A stretch of DNA of 64,000 nucleotides from Dipteris shenzhenensis. Taxonomy: Eukaryota. The translations under genes and the position numbers were made by a program. The stretch lies in the NCBI GenBank assembly GCA_047967505.1, contig CM106538.1; one strand, written 5' to 3'. Below, piece after piece: positions 1-13,199 of the stretch (positions within the stretch are counted from its first letter, which is position 1; each line of letters begins with the position of its first letter). The notes beneath the pieces were generated by a model. That model had not been told where the DNA came from, did not search any database, and worked only from the letters and a program-made list of their open reading frames with translations.

Positions 1-128
1 ATATATATATACTACTGTGTGTACTTGGGGAGGTACCACTCATTGTTTATCCCCACCTATTGGTGTCTACTGTGGGTGTGTCTCCCCTCCTCACTCCCAA
101 ACTCCTACTCTCTCCCTCTTCTATGTCA
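1..128 (+). repeat. 5' LTR (3' part) of copia element
   Basis: Direct repeat of ~6066-6193; ends in CA just before the PBS. Confidence 0.95.
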
Positions 129-130
129 AC

Positions 131-143
131 TGGTATCAGAGCC
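131..143 (+). promoter_or_regulatory. Primer-binding site (tRNA-iMet)
   Basis: TGGTATCAGAGCC, 2 bp after the LTR end. Confidence 0.95.
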
Positions 144-1821
144 ACTGCTCTACTACTCCTCTCCCGATCCCCTCCATCCTCTCCATCCTCACGGGTCACG
201 CTTGTTCTCAGCCAGCCAACGGGCAGCGTCTTTTCCATCACGAAAGATTCAGCTCGCAACTCTCTCACTTAGCCAGCCAATGGGTGGCTTCACCATAGTG
301 AGGGAGCAGACATTCAGTGTTGCATTCAGCAGCTAGTAGCTAGCAGCTAACAACCGACAGCCAGCCATTGCCGCAGCAACAGCACGCATATGTGACAGGC
401 AAGCGAGCAACAGCACGCATATGCATCGAAGAGGCGGCAACAACCAACAGCTAACAGAACAGCTAACAGCCGGCAGATTGCAAACGTGTACGACAGACAT
501 CGTGGGAGCTTTCAGACACATCATTGCACAGGTATAAGCGTGGGTGGTGCAAGGGCATCGAGTGCCTAGGGGCATGCATTTCTGCGTTTTCTCATATCTC
601 GAGGGAAGCACACATATTGTGTTTCGTGTCTTCCTGCTTCTTGATGGTGATCTTTTTTTTGTCATCACACGTGGAGGATCTTCTACTGAGTCCTACTTGG
701 GCTCATATATCGAGGAGGGGAATTTCTTAATTTTTCGTTGTCTACGAGACAACATTACTCTATCACATTTTGCCATTGGCATTTGAGCCAGGGGTTCTAC
801 TTGTCGCAGGGCTTTTACTCGCACTGAGGCTTAGCTTATGCCGCAAACAATGTCGAGACAGGTCTATCACCTAGCCAGTGATTGTACGTCAATGAAATCA
901 TTCGAGTACAGCCATTAATGCAGTGTATGCATTTGCATGATCTGTTGATTGACACTTGCAGTGTATGCCTTTGTTGGACGCAATTCAAGGGATTTGCAGT
1001 CACATGCCTTGTATAAGCTGTGGAGGACATTTGCAGTGTTTATGCACGGAATGTGCCATCCCAACATGGGGCTTTTGATGCTACAGTGATTTGAAGTATT
1101 GTTGTATTTTTTATGTAGAGAGTACCTTCACGCAGTGGGTAGATTTGTTCAATTTTGTCCAACTTTGACTTTTGTCAAATTGGGGCTTTTGTAGCCTGAC
1201 CGACAATTTGTCCAGTGGGAGTACTCAGGATGAATTCTCTTGTCTCGTGGAGTGCATCTATGCCTTGAAAGTGCAAAATAAATTTGGGGCTTTTAGTCAA
1301 AAGTCAAATTTATCAGGTTTTACGATCAAATATCTGATTATCTTCACGCATTCAGAGGGCTTTTGAGCCACTTCACCTCTAGACTGTATATTCAGTTGGG
1401 GGGGAAGCTATTGGAACATTTGGAGGTCTAAAATCAGGGATTTTCATCAAAAATCAGAGATTTCCTGTTTTTTTTTAACAGTCCGGGACTGTCACACAAC
1501 AGGTTTGACCAGTTTTGACCATCAGAGAGCCAAAAAGTACTGCTGTTTTTTATTCGAACTGTTTTGGATTTTTTTGGAGCATCTTGACACAGCTATACCG
1601 CACTTTCGCCAGTGAAAATCACAGGAACAGCTTGCTGTACCTTTTCTGTAGCAAGTGGGAGAAAGACTTTAAGGTGGTTTTGTGCCACTGAAACAGTGAA
1701 AGATCACTTTCAACTTCACTTCCGCTGCGGGAGATTTATTTGGAGTGACTTGTGCTTTAATTGCACACCTATACAGGGAGTCAGGCAGTTCCATTGAGGA
1801 ACAAACTCTTCTTTCTTTACC

Positions 1822-4800
1822 ATGAGTTCTAGCAGCGACGTGTCGTCCTTGTTCCAGATAAAGAAGCTCAAAGGAGCTAAAAACTACGACATATGGAGGA
1901 CACAATGCTACAATGTGTTGATGCAGAAGGACCAGTACAAACCTATAAAGGAGAAGGGTGTTAAGCCCTCCAACATTACTGATGAGCAGTGGGAGAAGAT
2001 GGACAACTTGGCCATGTCAACCATAATGCTTACAGTTGTTGATTCACTGGTTGTAGGCATCAGAGATGAACCTACTGCGTGGAGAATGTGGCAGCGTCTT
2101 GAGGATACATATGCCAAGAAAAGTACCACGGGCAAAGCTTACTGGTTGAAGAAGCTTGTTGGGCTTCAGATGAAGGAGGGGACACCTATGTCCACTCATA
2201 TTATTGAGTTCAACAGCATTTTCAGCCAGGTGATCAACTAAGGGTTGAAGCTCGATGATGAGCTGAAGGCTACACTTATCCTATGTTCTCTTCCTGAGTC
2301 ATGGGATACATTCAGAACTTCTACCAGCAATTCGAATACCATACTATTATTTGCAAAGGTGGAGAGCGCTCTTCTACAGGAAGAGATGAATAGAAAGAAT
2401 AATGCTGTTGGGAAGTCAAATGCCTTGAATGCACGCAGCAGGTCAAAGACACGTGGTAAAGACAAAGAAAGAGAAAGGAGCAAGTCCCACTCGAAGAAAG
2501 ATCTTGTCTGCAATTATTGTGGCAAGAAGGGACATGTAGAGAAAAAATGTTTTCAGAAAAAGAACGACGAAAGAGCCAAAGAAGGCAAGGCTCAAGGCAA
2601 GTCAAAGGGCAAAGAAAAAGAGGAGCTGCATGTTACTTATGTTAGTGACAGTGACAGTGGACGTGAGGTATGCTTCACTTCATCACTGAAGGCTCATACA
2701 CTTCATGCTAGCTTTCCTGGATTATAGATTCAGGTGCTTCCTTTCATGTGACACCCTACAGAGATCTGTTTGTCAGATATGCAGGTGGGCAAAAGGGAGT
2801 TGTTATTCTTGGTGATAACCATGCATGTTCTATCATTGGCATAGGTGATGTCAGGCTTGTTCTTGAGAATGGCCAGCAGTTAATGCTCAAAGGGGTCAGG
2901 CATGTTCCTGAGGTGAAGAAGAACTTGATTTCCACAGGGTTGTTGGATGACGATAATTATCATACCACCTTTGGTAATCAGAAGTGGAAAATCAGCAAAG
3001 GGGCAATGGCTATAGCCAGAGGTCCTAAACTTGATACTTTTTATTCACTTCATGCAGGACATTGTCCTCATTCCGATGTAAATGCCGCCGAGCTGCCAAA
3101 GATTTCATTGTGGCATAGCCGGCTTGGCCATATGAGTGTTAAGGGAATGGAGCAACTGGCTCATTTTGGTTACTTGCCGAGTCTAAAATTTTCAGATTTA
3201 AAGAAATGTGAATTTTGTCTCTACGGTCGTCAAGTACAGATTCCTCATAAGAGGGCATCAAATCAGAAATTACAGCTCTTGGAGCTTGTCCATACCGATG
3301 TATGTGAGATGCCTACTATATCTTTAGGAGGAGCAAAGTACATTTTGTCATTTATAGATGATGCCACCCGCAAAGTGTGGGTTTACACTCTTAAAAGAAA
3401 GAGTGATACCTTTACTGCTTTCACTAAGTTTGTTGCACTGGTCGAAAATGAGACAGGCAAGAAACTGAAAGCTTTGAGGTCTGACAATGGTGGAGAGTAT
3501 TTGTCCAAAGAGTTCCAGGAATTCTGTGAGGCAAAGGGCATTCAAAGGGTGTTATCTACACTGTATGATCCACCACAGAATGGTACCGTTGAGAAAATGT
3601 TCAGGACCATTCAAGAAAAGGTCAGATCTATGTTGTCACATGCTGCGTTGCCCCACACTTTTTGGGCTGAAGCTGTAAAGACAGCTGTGCACCTTATAAA
3701 TAGGTCACCGAATAAGAGATTATGTGGTGGTGTGCCTGAAGAGGCATGGACGGGTAAGCCTCCGTCTTACAAACACCTACGGGTCTTTGGTTGTGTTGCG
3801 TATGTGCATGTACGCAGGGAGGACAGGACTAAATTAGATCCAAAGACTCTGAAATGCATTTTCCTAGGGTATGGTGACAAAGGTGAGATGGGCTACAGAC
3901 TATGGGATCCCACAAACAGAAAACTTATACGCAGCAATGATGTCGTGTTTGATGAAACCATCATGTTCAAGGAACCTGTTGTACAACAGGGACCTTTAAA
4001 AGTAACTATTGATGATGACAGGCATCATGGGCAACACAGACCGACTGTAAATCAGCCACAACAGCAGCATAATCAGCCATTAAATGATGCTGCAGCAGGT
4101 CCAAATGAACAGCCAGATATGGTAGATGATATCCCAATGGATGTACCACAGTTAGATGATCTTCCTGACATGCAAATGCAGCCAAAACTGGGTGATGAAC
4201 AGGCTGGACAGCCACCTCATGATGATGGTCATCAAGTTAGAAGGTCAACCAGACCGACACGGTAGCCAGACAGATTTATTCCTGGCTTTGATTATCTAAT
4301 GCTCACTGATTGTGGAGAGCCTTCATGCTACAGAGAGGCTAGGCAGAGGGCAGACAAGGTTCAATGGGATCTTGCTATGAAGTCTGAAATGGACAGTCTT
4401 CACAAAAATGGCACTTGGGAATTGGTACCCTTGCCTACTGGTAAGAAAGTACTGCCATGCAAATGGGTTTATCGACTTAAAGTCACACCTGGTGAAAAGC
4501 CAAGGCATAAAGCCAAACTGGTTGCCAAGGGGTTCAAGCAGGAATATGGTGTTGACTTTGATGAGATATTCTCTCCTGTCGTTAAGATGACAACTCTCAG
4601 AACTGTATTAGCATTGGTTGCACATGCAGATATGGACTTGGTCCAAATGGATGTCAAGACGGCATTTCTTCATGGTGATTTACATGAAGAGATTTTTATG
4701 CAGCAGCCAGAAGGTTTTACAGTGAAGGGAAAGGAGAAGCTTGTGTGCAGACTGAAGAAAAGTCTTTATGGTCTTAAGCAGGCACCCAGAGAATGGTATC

Positions 4801-5865
4801 ATAAGTTTGATACATTCATGCGAACCCAAGGTTATAAAAGAAGTGACATTGATCACTGCTTGTATACCAAGAAAGCTTCAGATGGCAGTTTACTGATCCT
4901 CATTTTGTATGTGGATGATATGTTGATTGCTGGAAAATCTCATAAGGAGATCGATGCCTTGAAGAAAAGATTGCACCAAACCTTTGATATGAAGGATCTT
5001 GGTGATGCCAACCATATACTGGGCATGCGGATACTTCGGGATAGGGAAAAGCGGTTGCTATACTTGTCTCAGAAGGAATACATTGGCAAGGTCTTGCAGA
5101 GATTTCACATGGAGGGGGGGAAGAGTATTGGTACTCCATTGCCTCCTTATGTGAAAATCAGTGCTTTGGACAGCCCTCAGACAGATGCTGAGAGGGCTGA
5201 AATGTCAAAGATTCCGTATGCATCAGCGTGTGGCAGTCTCATGTATGCTATGGTTGCAACCAGGCCCGATATTGCGTTTGCAGTGGGAGTGGTTAGTAGA
5301 TACATGGCTAAACCTGGCAGGAAGCATTGGGATGCAGTGAAAGGTGTCATGAGATACCTGAAGGGTACACAGGACTTGTGTATATGTTTCGGCAGTCGAT
5401 GCAAAAGTGCAGGGTTATACAGACTCTGATTATGCCGGTCACCCTGATACCCGGAAGTCTACTACCGGATATGTTTTCACTTTCACTGGAGGTGCAGTGT
5501 CGTGGGTATCTAGAATGCAGCAGTGCATTGCTCTGTCTACTACAGAAGCTGAATATATTGCAGCCACTGAGGCATGCAACGAAGCTATACGGCTATCTCG
5601 GCTAGTGGCAGATTTGGGCTACTCTAGTGATACTCCATTGTTGCATTGTGACAGTCAGAGTGCCATACAGTTGGCACGAAATCGTGTTTTTCATGCAAAG
5701 ACGAAGCACATCGACGTGAAGTATCATTTTATCAGGGAGGTGCTTGAGAACAAGCAACTTCAGCTTGTGAAAGTTCACACTGATGACAATTTAGTAGATC
5801 TGTTGACCAAAGGATTGGCTGCTGAGCGGTTTGCACATTGCAGACGGCTAATGGGTATAGGTTAA
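1822..5865 (+). pseudogene. Copia gag-pol polyprotein, disrupted
   Basis: Gag (LPESWDTF, zinc knuckle CNYCGKKGHVEKKC), protease (WIIDSGASFH at ~2718-2747), integrase (LWHSRLGH, VHTDVC, LRSDNGGEY), RT (QMDVKTAFLHG, LYVDDML), RNase H (YTDSDYAG, TEAEYIA, CDSQSA). Stops at 2239-2241 and 4263-4265; frameshifts near 2715 and 5400. Confidence 0.95.
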
Positions 5866-5955
5866 GGCCAGTCTACTGGTCTTGTATATTATGATGTATA
5901 TGCTGTTTTTTTTCTTTTCTTTCTCTTGAGGGCACATTGCCTTTAAGTGGGAGGT

Positions 5956-6193
5956 TGTTGGGGTAAGGCACTGGCCACCCTATGTAACAGTTTTTAGTCT
6001 AGTACTGCTAAGTACACTAAGTATGCATTGTACTTAGTGCCTAGTGGTCCTAGCCTTATCCAAAGATATATATATACTACTGTGTGTACTTGGGGAGGTA
6101 CCACTCATTGTTTATCCCCACCTATTGGTGTCTACTGTGGGTGTGTCTCCTCTCCTCACTCCCAAACTCCTACTCTCTCCCTCTTCTATGTCA
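5956..6193 (+). repeat. 3' LTR of copia element (238 bp)
   Basis: TGTTGG...TGTCA, preceded by the PPT. Predicted TSD AGGAG (6194-6198); its left partner is outside the window. Confidence 0.95.
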
Positions 6194-9100
6194 AGGAGTG
6201 CCATTCTCCTTTTCCAAAGTAGCCCATATATTTTCTTGTTTAGAATGAGCTGCTGGAAATTTAAGAATTGAACCTGCTTGAAACTCTGCTATTCTATTAA
6301 GTGCTCCTGTACTACTCAGCAAATCAAAGCCATCATAGCATCTTTCATTCCAAACCATTCCACCCACCTTGCTGAAAAAATTCTCACATGCATCCGATCC
6401 TGTGCAAGAAAGGGGTACGTGCAAGTGAGGATGCTTTTCCCTAAAGGTCTTTATCAAGAGAACCACAAAGTGACATGACAATTGAATGTTAATGAATGTT
6501 TCTGTTAGAATCCAAGAGCATGTGCCTAGCGTGCCCCCTGCCAAGACCGCTAGCACCTCACGGAAGTGCACAACCTTCATGGCCACTACAGAGGCTCTGG
6601 CATGTGTGTATGGCAGGTCCCCACCCCTGCCATAAGGCACCCTTGCCTAGCCAGCCCTCCAACCTCCACAAAAGGCAAGCTTGGGGGAATTGAAGATAGG
6701 AGGGGCAACTTGGACTATTTATGTCCCTTCATCTTCCACACACCTTTGTATGTGGGATAATTCAACCCTTTCTCCTTCTTCTTATCCCCTTTGTCCATGA
6801 GAGATTTGCACCTCCAACACCCCCCTCCAATCGATCATGGAGAGAGGTGGCCGGGGATCAGCATGTGCCTAGCGTGCCCCCCGCCAAGACTGCTAGCACC
6901 TCACGAAAGTGCACAACCCTCATGGCCACTACGGAGGCTCTGGCATGTGTGTATGGCAGGTCCCCACCCCTGCCATAAGGCACCCTTGCCTAGCCAGCCC
7001 TCCAACCTCCACAAAAGGCAAGCTTGGGGGAATTGAAGATAGGAGGGGCAACTTGGACTATTTATGTCCCTTCATCTTCCACACACCTTTGTATGTGGGA
7101 TAATTCAACCCTTTCTCCTTCTTCTTATCCCCTTTGTCCATGAGAGATTTGCACCTCCAACAATTTCTCTACTGATAAAGTTTTGCTTTAGGGAGTATGC
7201 ATCATGTTTAGTGATCCACATGCACCAAATCCTACATATAGAAAGAACCATGAGTATTAGCCACATAAACCTTGGAAATATGTTCAAAATCCTTTATTCA
7301 TATATCACTAATAGCAATGGTAGCAACTTCTACATACCTGAAAAAGAAAGACACCTTTCCTGCAGCTTTCACACAACCATACAAGTCTAAGGTAGGTGAT
7401 AAGAAAATATCAATGTAAGATGCTACTATTGATAAGTACATACGTGTGCCCAATGTCTGCTCTTGGTGAGCACCATAGCCTTCTTGTAATAACTTCAAAC
7501 ACTTTTGTACTTTCTTTGCAGCAATCCTTTGTGCAGCTCTCCAATTTTGTCTATCCTTCCTCTCAATATCCCCTTCTTGCAAGCCATGTTCATCAACCTT
7601 GAATAATTGATATACAATTGCTACATAATTCAAAGTCACAAGCTCTCTACCAAGTACCAACCTCCTAGATGCACTATCCAAAGGATTGATAAGTTTCTTT
7701 CCATTATGGATATAGTCTTGATCATGCAAACCACTGATACTCCCATCAAATGTGATGTGTGCTGTAAAGGGCCAACCCTTCCAAGGAATGCACAACCTGG
7801 GACCTTGACAAGAAGAGTAATCTTGCAACATCAACTTTCTGCGCCTACTATCCCCATCTGAAGCATGTCCTATCAATGGACCTACCACGTCCCTTAGAAA
7901 AATGTTCCAAGAAAGCTGAATGCTCTCCCACTGTTCTCTGACAAACATGGAATCAAACGTATTACATGTCAATTGCACCAATAGAACTAGCTTTGGCAAG
8001 CATTCAAGAAGAGGATTCACTATCAATACCCTTGCATAATGAGCAATCACATTATGTTGAAAAGCATCCACAACTCTAAGATATCCATCTTGACCATCAC
8101 CAACTTGCATGACAAAGTCTGGAATGCAAGTGTGTTCCAGCTTTTTACCACAAAATCCAACCAAAATATCATCACGTGCCACCCATCTCACCATTCTTTT
8201 CACAACTGTTTCATCCTCAGCTAGAAGAACTGGCACACTACCCAAGGGTATACCTTTCTTCATCATGTGACAAGTGTAAACTTCTCTTGCATGTTGAAAT
8301 ATATCCTCTTGTAAACTAGTTCGAAAGAAAAGTGCTTTTCTTGTGGACCTCATTGTGGTGGACATGTGTGGACCTCCAAGGTTAAGTGATAAGAAATTAT
8401 GCTACCTTGTCCCTCCCCATATCTTGACAGTCTCAAATAATTCCTTTGTTGTATTGGAATATCTCTTCCCTTGACCTACTCTTGAAATGTTTTGTGAAAT
8501 GTCAACAAAGAAGTTCCACAATGCCTTCTTTCCCTCAAATAGACATAGCTCATGAGCATTGATTATATCTTGACAAAATTTTCTAACATCTTTCCTCACC
8601 ATGGCTTCCATAGTGCTCTCCCGAAGACTTCTAACCTTCACGCTCAATGCAACAACTTCAGTTCTTGTGAATGCTATCTCCTTCTTCAATACCTGAACCA
8701 TTGTGGACTTTGTTTTTGCTACTCTCAATAACTCTAAATGAGTCAAATAATCTAACCGTCTACCACCTCCTATGTCTCTTGATCCACGAGTGTCTAAAGA
8801 TCAAATTTGTCGATACACTCGCATGCGAAAGTCTCGTTCTTTAGGAATAGTAGCACATGCACAACATTGCAAATTATCAAAGTATGTTCCCTCCAAACAT
8901 ATTCGCTTGCAATCCTTATGACGGAAAGTGCCATTAATTTCAATGAACTCTGTTGTCCCCATCATAATTGTTGCCTTAGTTGCTGGCTCATTGTGCCATT
9001 TGCCACCTCCCTTACTATCATCCAAAAAGGGCTTCAAGTCAACCACATTCCCATCATAGTTATATGACCCTTACCAAAAACCCCAACACAAGGTTGCAAG

Positions 9101-10549
9101 CAAGCTACTCTCTGTGAGCAAAGGAGGAATCTGTTAAGTTCCCAATAGACTTGATGGAGAGAGAGCCAAAAGCCATATGACTAGCTACACCTAACATCTC
9201 TATAAAAAAACAGAAATAGTGATTGAAAATAGAAGCTTGAAAATTTGCCTAATGGAGAGAGAGCCAAAAGCCATATGACTAGCTACACCTAACATCTCTA
9301 TAAAAAATCAGAAATAATGATTGAAAATAGAAGCATATGAGAAATACCTGATGGCTTTTGTGATGCATTGGCAGTTTGCAAGGTGTCATTATCTATAAGA
9401 AAACATTACAATAGAGCATAAGAAAAAATGTTCACTTGGAAAATACAAAATTGATGGAAAACACAGCTAGAACATGTGAGTTTTACCTTTAGCAGAACAT
9501 TTCTTGAAAAAACCACTTAGATCTCTTTGCTTCTTATCTATAATTGTCACCTTGGATGGGCGACCACCAGCCCTCTTCACTTGATTACTAGAATCAATGC
9601 CACTAGCCTTTGTGATATGTAGCTTGGATTTCATATGCTCAATCATGCATTGTCGTAGAGATCCTGTCTTTGGAAATAGTGGTATCCACTTGTTATCTAG
9701 CATGCAGCTTATATAGACTTTTGATAGAGTGCTATATTCTCCAATAGTCTCTGTTACTAGTTGAAACACCACATTACTCTCACTTGCAAAGGTTGAAACC
9801 TCCAACATTGCTTCATTTACTTTTTCTTTTCCTAATTCCATAATGTCATCCAATGAACCAAGGCTCACATAACCCAATAATCCTCATATGGGATGCTGAG
9901 TTGATGTGTGAGTGTGTGTAATTATACAAAGTGTCAGGACCCCCTTGACCATAAGAGTAATCACACTCCTCACACCAAATTTGAAACAATGCTTTACCAT
10001 CCTTGTCCTTTGACATGAGCTCAAATCTATCATGTCGGCCTTTTGCTCTTAACTTTTCTTTGGCTATCTTAATCTCCCTCTTCCATTTTTTGACCTCAGA
10101 TGGTGTTGCAAGGTGACTCTTCAATCGATTCTTAGAAACACTACCACACGTAGTCGAATCATCCACCATATTGTACCTCTCACACCCTTGAGCAAGATCA
10201 TGCATACATAAATCTGGAGACACTGTACACTTTGGCTGCATTTTATTGCTATCTCCAACTGAGTCCACTTTTTGGCGTTTGCCTTGTGTATCATATTCCA
10301 TTTTCAATTGGATGGTTACTTCTGCAGTATCAACTATCCATCTCTCCTCTTGCTTGGCCCCTATTGGAATTTTCCTGAATCCTCCCAAAAATATAAAATC
10401 ATCTATGATGAGATAATCAAGGATGATCTCTTCTCTCAAGTCCTTGTAGGTATCACCGGTTTTAAGATGAACATATCCCAACACGAGCGCAACACATGAT
10501 TTTCAGCCACACCCTCATCTAACACAATCACAATATCATGCCTCTCCAT
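6194..10549 (-). pseudogene. P-element/THAP9-like DDE transposase with introns, disrupted by frameshifts and two insertions
   Basis: Motifs in P-transposase order: HTH-like RYSNTTKEL...WGG...NFLSLNLGGPHMSTT; catalytic D in LLAEDET (~8214); D in HASDGD (~7857); QDYIHNGKKLINPL (DxxH, ~7717); DRQNWRAAQRI (~7555); FFFR/IWCMWI...NFISRETF; E in GSDACENFFSKV (~6384). N-terminal C2H2-like fingers (CEEC...HINSASH). GT-AG introns near 7232-7338, 9131-9347 and 9393-9486. Confidence 0.7.
6503..7162 (-). mobile_element. TRIM-like or internally deleted miniature LTR element (660 bp) inserted in the transposase
   Basis: TGTT...AACA ends. Two near-identical ~300-317-bp direct repeats (6503-6819, ~6860-7162) flank a 40-bp internal segment with a minus-strand PPT (GGAGGGGGG). 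5-bp TSD GTTTC/ATTTC. Removing it restores the reading frame NFISRE-TFINIQ. Confidence 0.85.
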
Positions 10550-11385
10550 GCTCCTATAAAAGGGCTAGATAACAAAAAAGGTGCCCAACAAGATAATCTC
10601 AAATGGACAGCAAAACCTGTTGTAAAGTAAAGAAAATGAGGAAAAAATTACAGCAAAACCATCATTAACATGTTCAAAATGAAGGATGAAATGGACATAA
10701 AACCTGGAGCAAAGTATGGAAGAATCAGAGCTGCTTCAAGCCAACAATCTCCTTTTGAAGCTTACAACTACTCTAGCAACTAGTAACAAATTACAACACC
10801 TGTAAACAAATTCCAACCAAAAATATGTGAGTTGAAGTAGAAACATAGGCCTTCTCAATGCATTATTTGCAGTAGCAGCAAAACCTATTGTAAAGTAAAG
10901 GAAATGAGGAACAAATTACAGCAAAATCATCATTAACATGTTCAAAATGAGGCATGAAATGGACATAAAACTGTTGACATGTATGGTGATATACAGCTAC
11001 AAATGTGATTATGGAAGCGTGCAGACAAGGAGTACGATTCTCAAGCCCACCTTGTCAACCACACATAAGGCCAAGCAGGCTGAGAGCACAGTAATAGCAC
11101 CAAGTCCTAGCTGAAAGCTGGCTAGTTTGAACTAAAAAGATTGCAAAAGAGTATGGAGTCATTGCCAGTTAATTGTGTAGAGAATGGGAATGCCCAAGTG
11201 GTATATATAGCTAGCTGTGGCCATTTGAAGGTCTTTTAACATGCTTTTGAAAGGATTTTCCAGCTCTCTGGCAAGTCCCCTACTCTATCAGACTCATGGG
11301 CAACATGGCATGGCTCTCTTGGACTGTATTGGACCCGAAAACATGGCATGGCTCTCTTGGAGGGGAGTAAAGTAGAGAGAGATAG

Positions 11386-13199
11386 ACATTAGTCGGACAC
11401 ATCTACGGGGACCTCAACTTAGAGGTGTGAGCTCGACACCAAAACCTTCAGCAAATGAAACTCCATGCACACGGCCTTTGACTCGGCTCCAAAACTTCTA
11501 CGACCTGCAGCCACCCGACTTTGCATATCCGAGGCACCTATCATATCCTAAGGCCTTCTGCTAAGGTCTAAGCACCTATGCAGCGCTTCTGAGCCTCCTC
11601 CATCTCCAACGCAGTCCGGCAGCCGGCAGTAGCTCTAAGGCCATCGACTCTCCAGTGCCAAACTTCCTCTCCATTGACTCCAACAGAGCTCTAGGCGGCT
11701 CATCAAGCCAAGCCACTCCTCCATTCTAGGTGTCTACTATAGCAAGCTCTCCTTTGTTGCTTCAAACAATATGTGACTCCATCTATGTCAACAAGAGCCT
11801 CCAAGGCGTGCTCCCTTGCTACACAACGAATGCGGCACGGACTCACGATACATGTTTGATCAAGCTCGTAGCAATCCCCAGGAAGCTGATTGTTGAGTTC
11901 TTGAATGGCGGACGCATCCAAGAGCTCAAAGCTCCGACAGCCTCCAAGCTTGCTCTTAAACTTTGCCCACCGACGGACCTCTCCAATAAACATCAGTCGG
12001 ATACATCTACGGGGACCTCAACTTAGAGGTGTGAGCTCGACACCAAAACCTTCAGCAAATGAAACTCCATGCACACGGCCTTTGACTTGGCTCCAAAACT
12101 TCTACGACCTGCAGCCACCCAACTTTGCATATCCGAGGCACCTATCATATCCTAAGGCCTTCTGCTAAGGTCTAAGCACCTATGCGGCTCTTCTGAGCCT
12201 CCTCCATCTCCAACATAGCCCAGCAGTCGCTAGCAGCTCTAAGGCCATTGCCTCTCCAGTGCCAAACTTCCTCTCCATTGACTCCAACAGAGCTCTAGGT
12301 GGCTCATCAAGCCAAGCCACTCCTCCATTCTAGGTGGCTACTATAGCAAGCTCTCCTTTGTTGCTTCAAACAATATGCGACTCCATCTATGTCAACAAGA
12401 GCCTCCAAGGCGTGCTCCCCTACTACACAACGAATGCAGCACGGACTCACGATACATGTTCGATCGAGCTCGTAGCAATCCCCAGGAAGCTGATTGTCGA
12501 GTTCTTGAATGGCGGACGCATCTAAGAGCTCAAAGCTCCGGCAGCCTCCAAGCTTGCTCTTAAACTTTGCCCACCGATGGACCTCTCCAACAAACATCAA
12601 TCGGATACATCTATGGGGACCTCAACTTAGAGGTGTGAGCTCGACACCAAAACCTTCAGCAAATGAAACTCCATGCACATGGCCTTTGACTCGGCTCCAA
12701 AACTTCTACGACCTGCAGCCACCCAACTTTGCATATCCGAGGCACCTATCATATCCTAAGGCCTTCTGCTAAGGTCTAAGCACCTATGCGGCTCTTCTGA
12801 GCCTCCTCCATCTCCAACAAAGTCTGGCAGTCGCCAGCAACTCTAAGGCCATCGCCTCTCCAGTGCCGAACTTCCTCTCCATTGACTCCAACAGAGCTCT
12901 AGACGGCTCATCAAGCCAAGCCACTCCTCCATTCTAGGTGGCTACTATAGCAAGCTCTCCTTTGTTGCTTCAAACAATATGCGACTCCATCTATGTCAAC
13001 AAGAGCCTCCAAGGCATGCTCCCCTGCTACACAACGAATGCAGCACGGACTCATGATACATGTTCGATCGAGCTCGTAGCAATCCCCAGGAAGCTGATCA
13101 TCGAGTTCTTGAACGGCGGACACATCCAAGAGCTCAAAGCTCCGGCAGCCTCCAAGCTTGCTCTTAAACTTTGCCCACCGACGGACCTCTCCAACAAAC
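11386..13199. repeat. Tandem array, three copies of a 604-bp unit
   Basis: Units start at 11386, 11990 and 12594 and are highly similar. The ORF track shows triplicated ORFs. Confidence 0.95.

Larger units (their letters stand above)
1..6193 (+). mobile_element. Ty1/copia LTR retrotransposon (Tnt1/Tork-like), near full length; start of 5' LTR lies outside the window
   Basis: 5' LTR end (1-128, ...ATGTCA) is followed by the tRNA-Met PBS TGGTATCAGAGCC (131-143). Domain order is gag-protease-integrase-RT-RNaseH. PPT AAGTGGGAGG (5945-5954) precedes a 3' LTR at 5956-6193 (TG...CA) that matches 1-128 with about one substitution. Confidence 0.97.

Noticed and set aside
17-1797. Small ORFs in the copia LTR and leader
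   Set aside because: Non-ATG or short, no motifs; most likely untranslated leader.
6503-7162. Cassandra (5S-bearing) TRIM
   Set aside because: No recognisable 5S rRNA A/C-box sequence in the LTRs.
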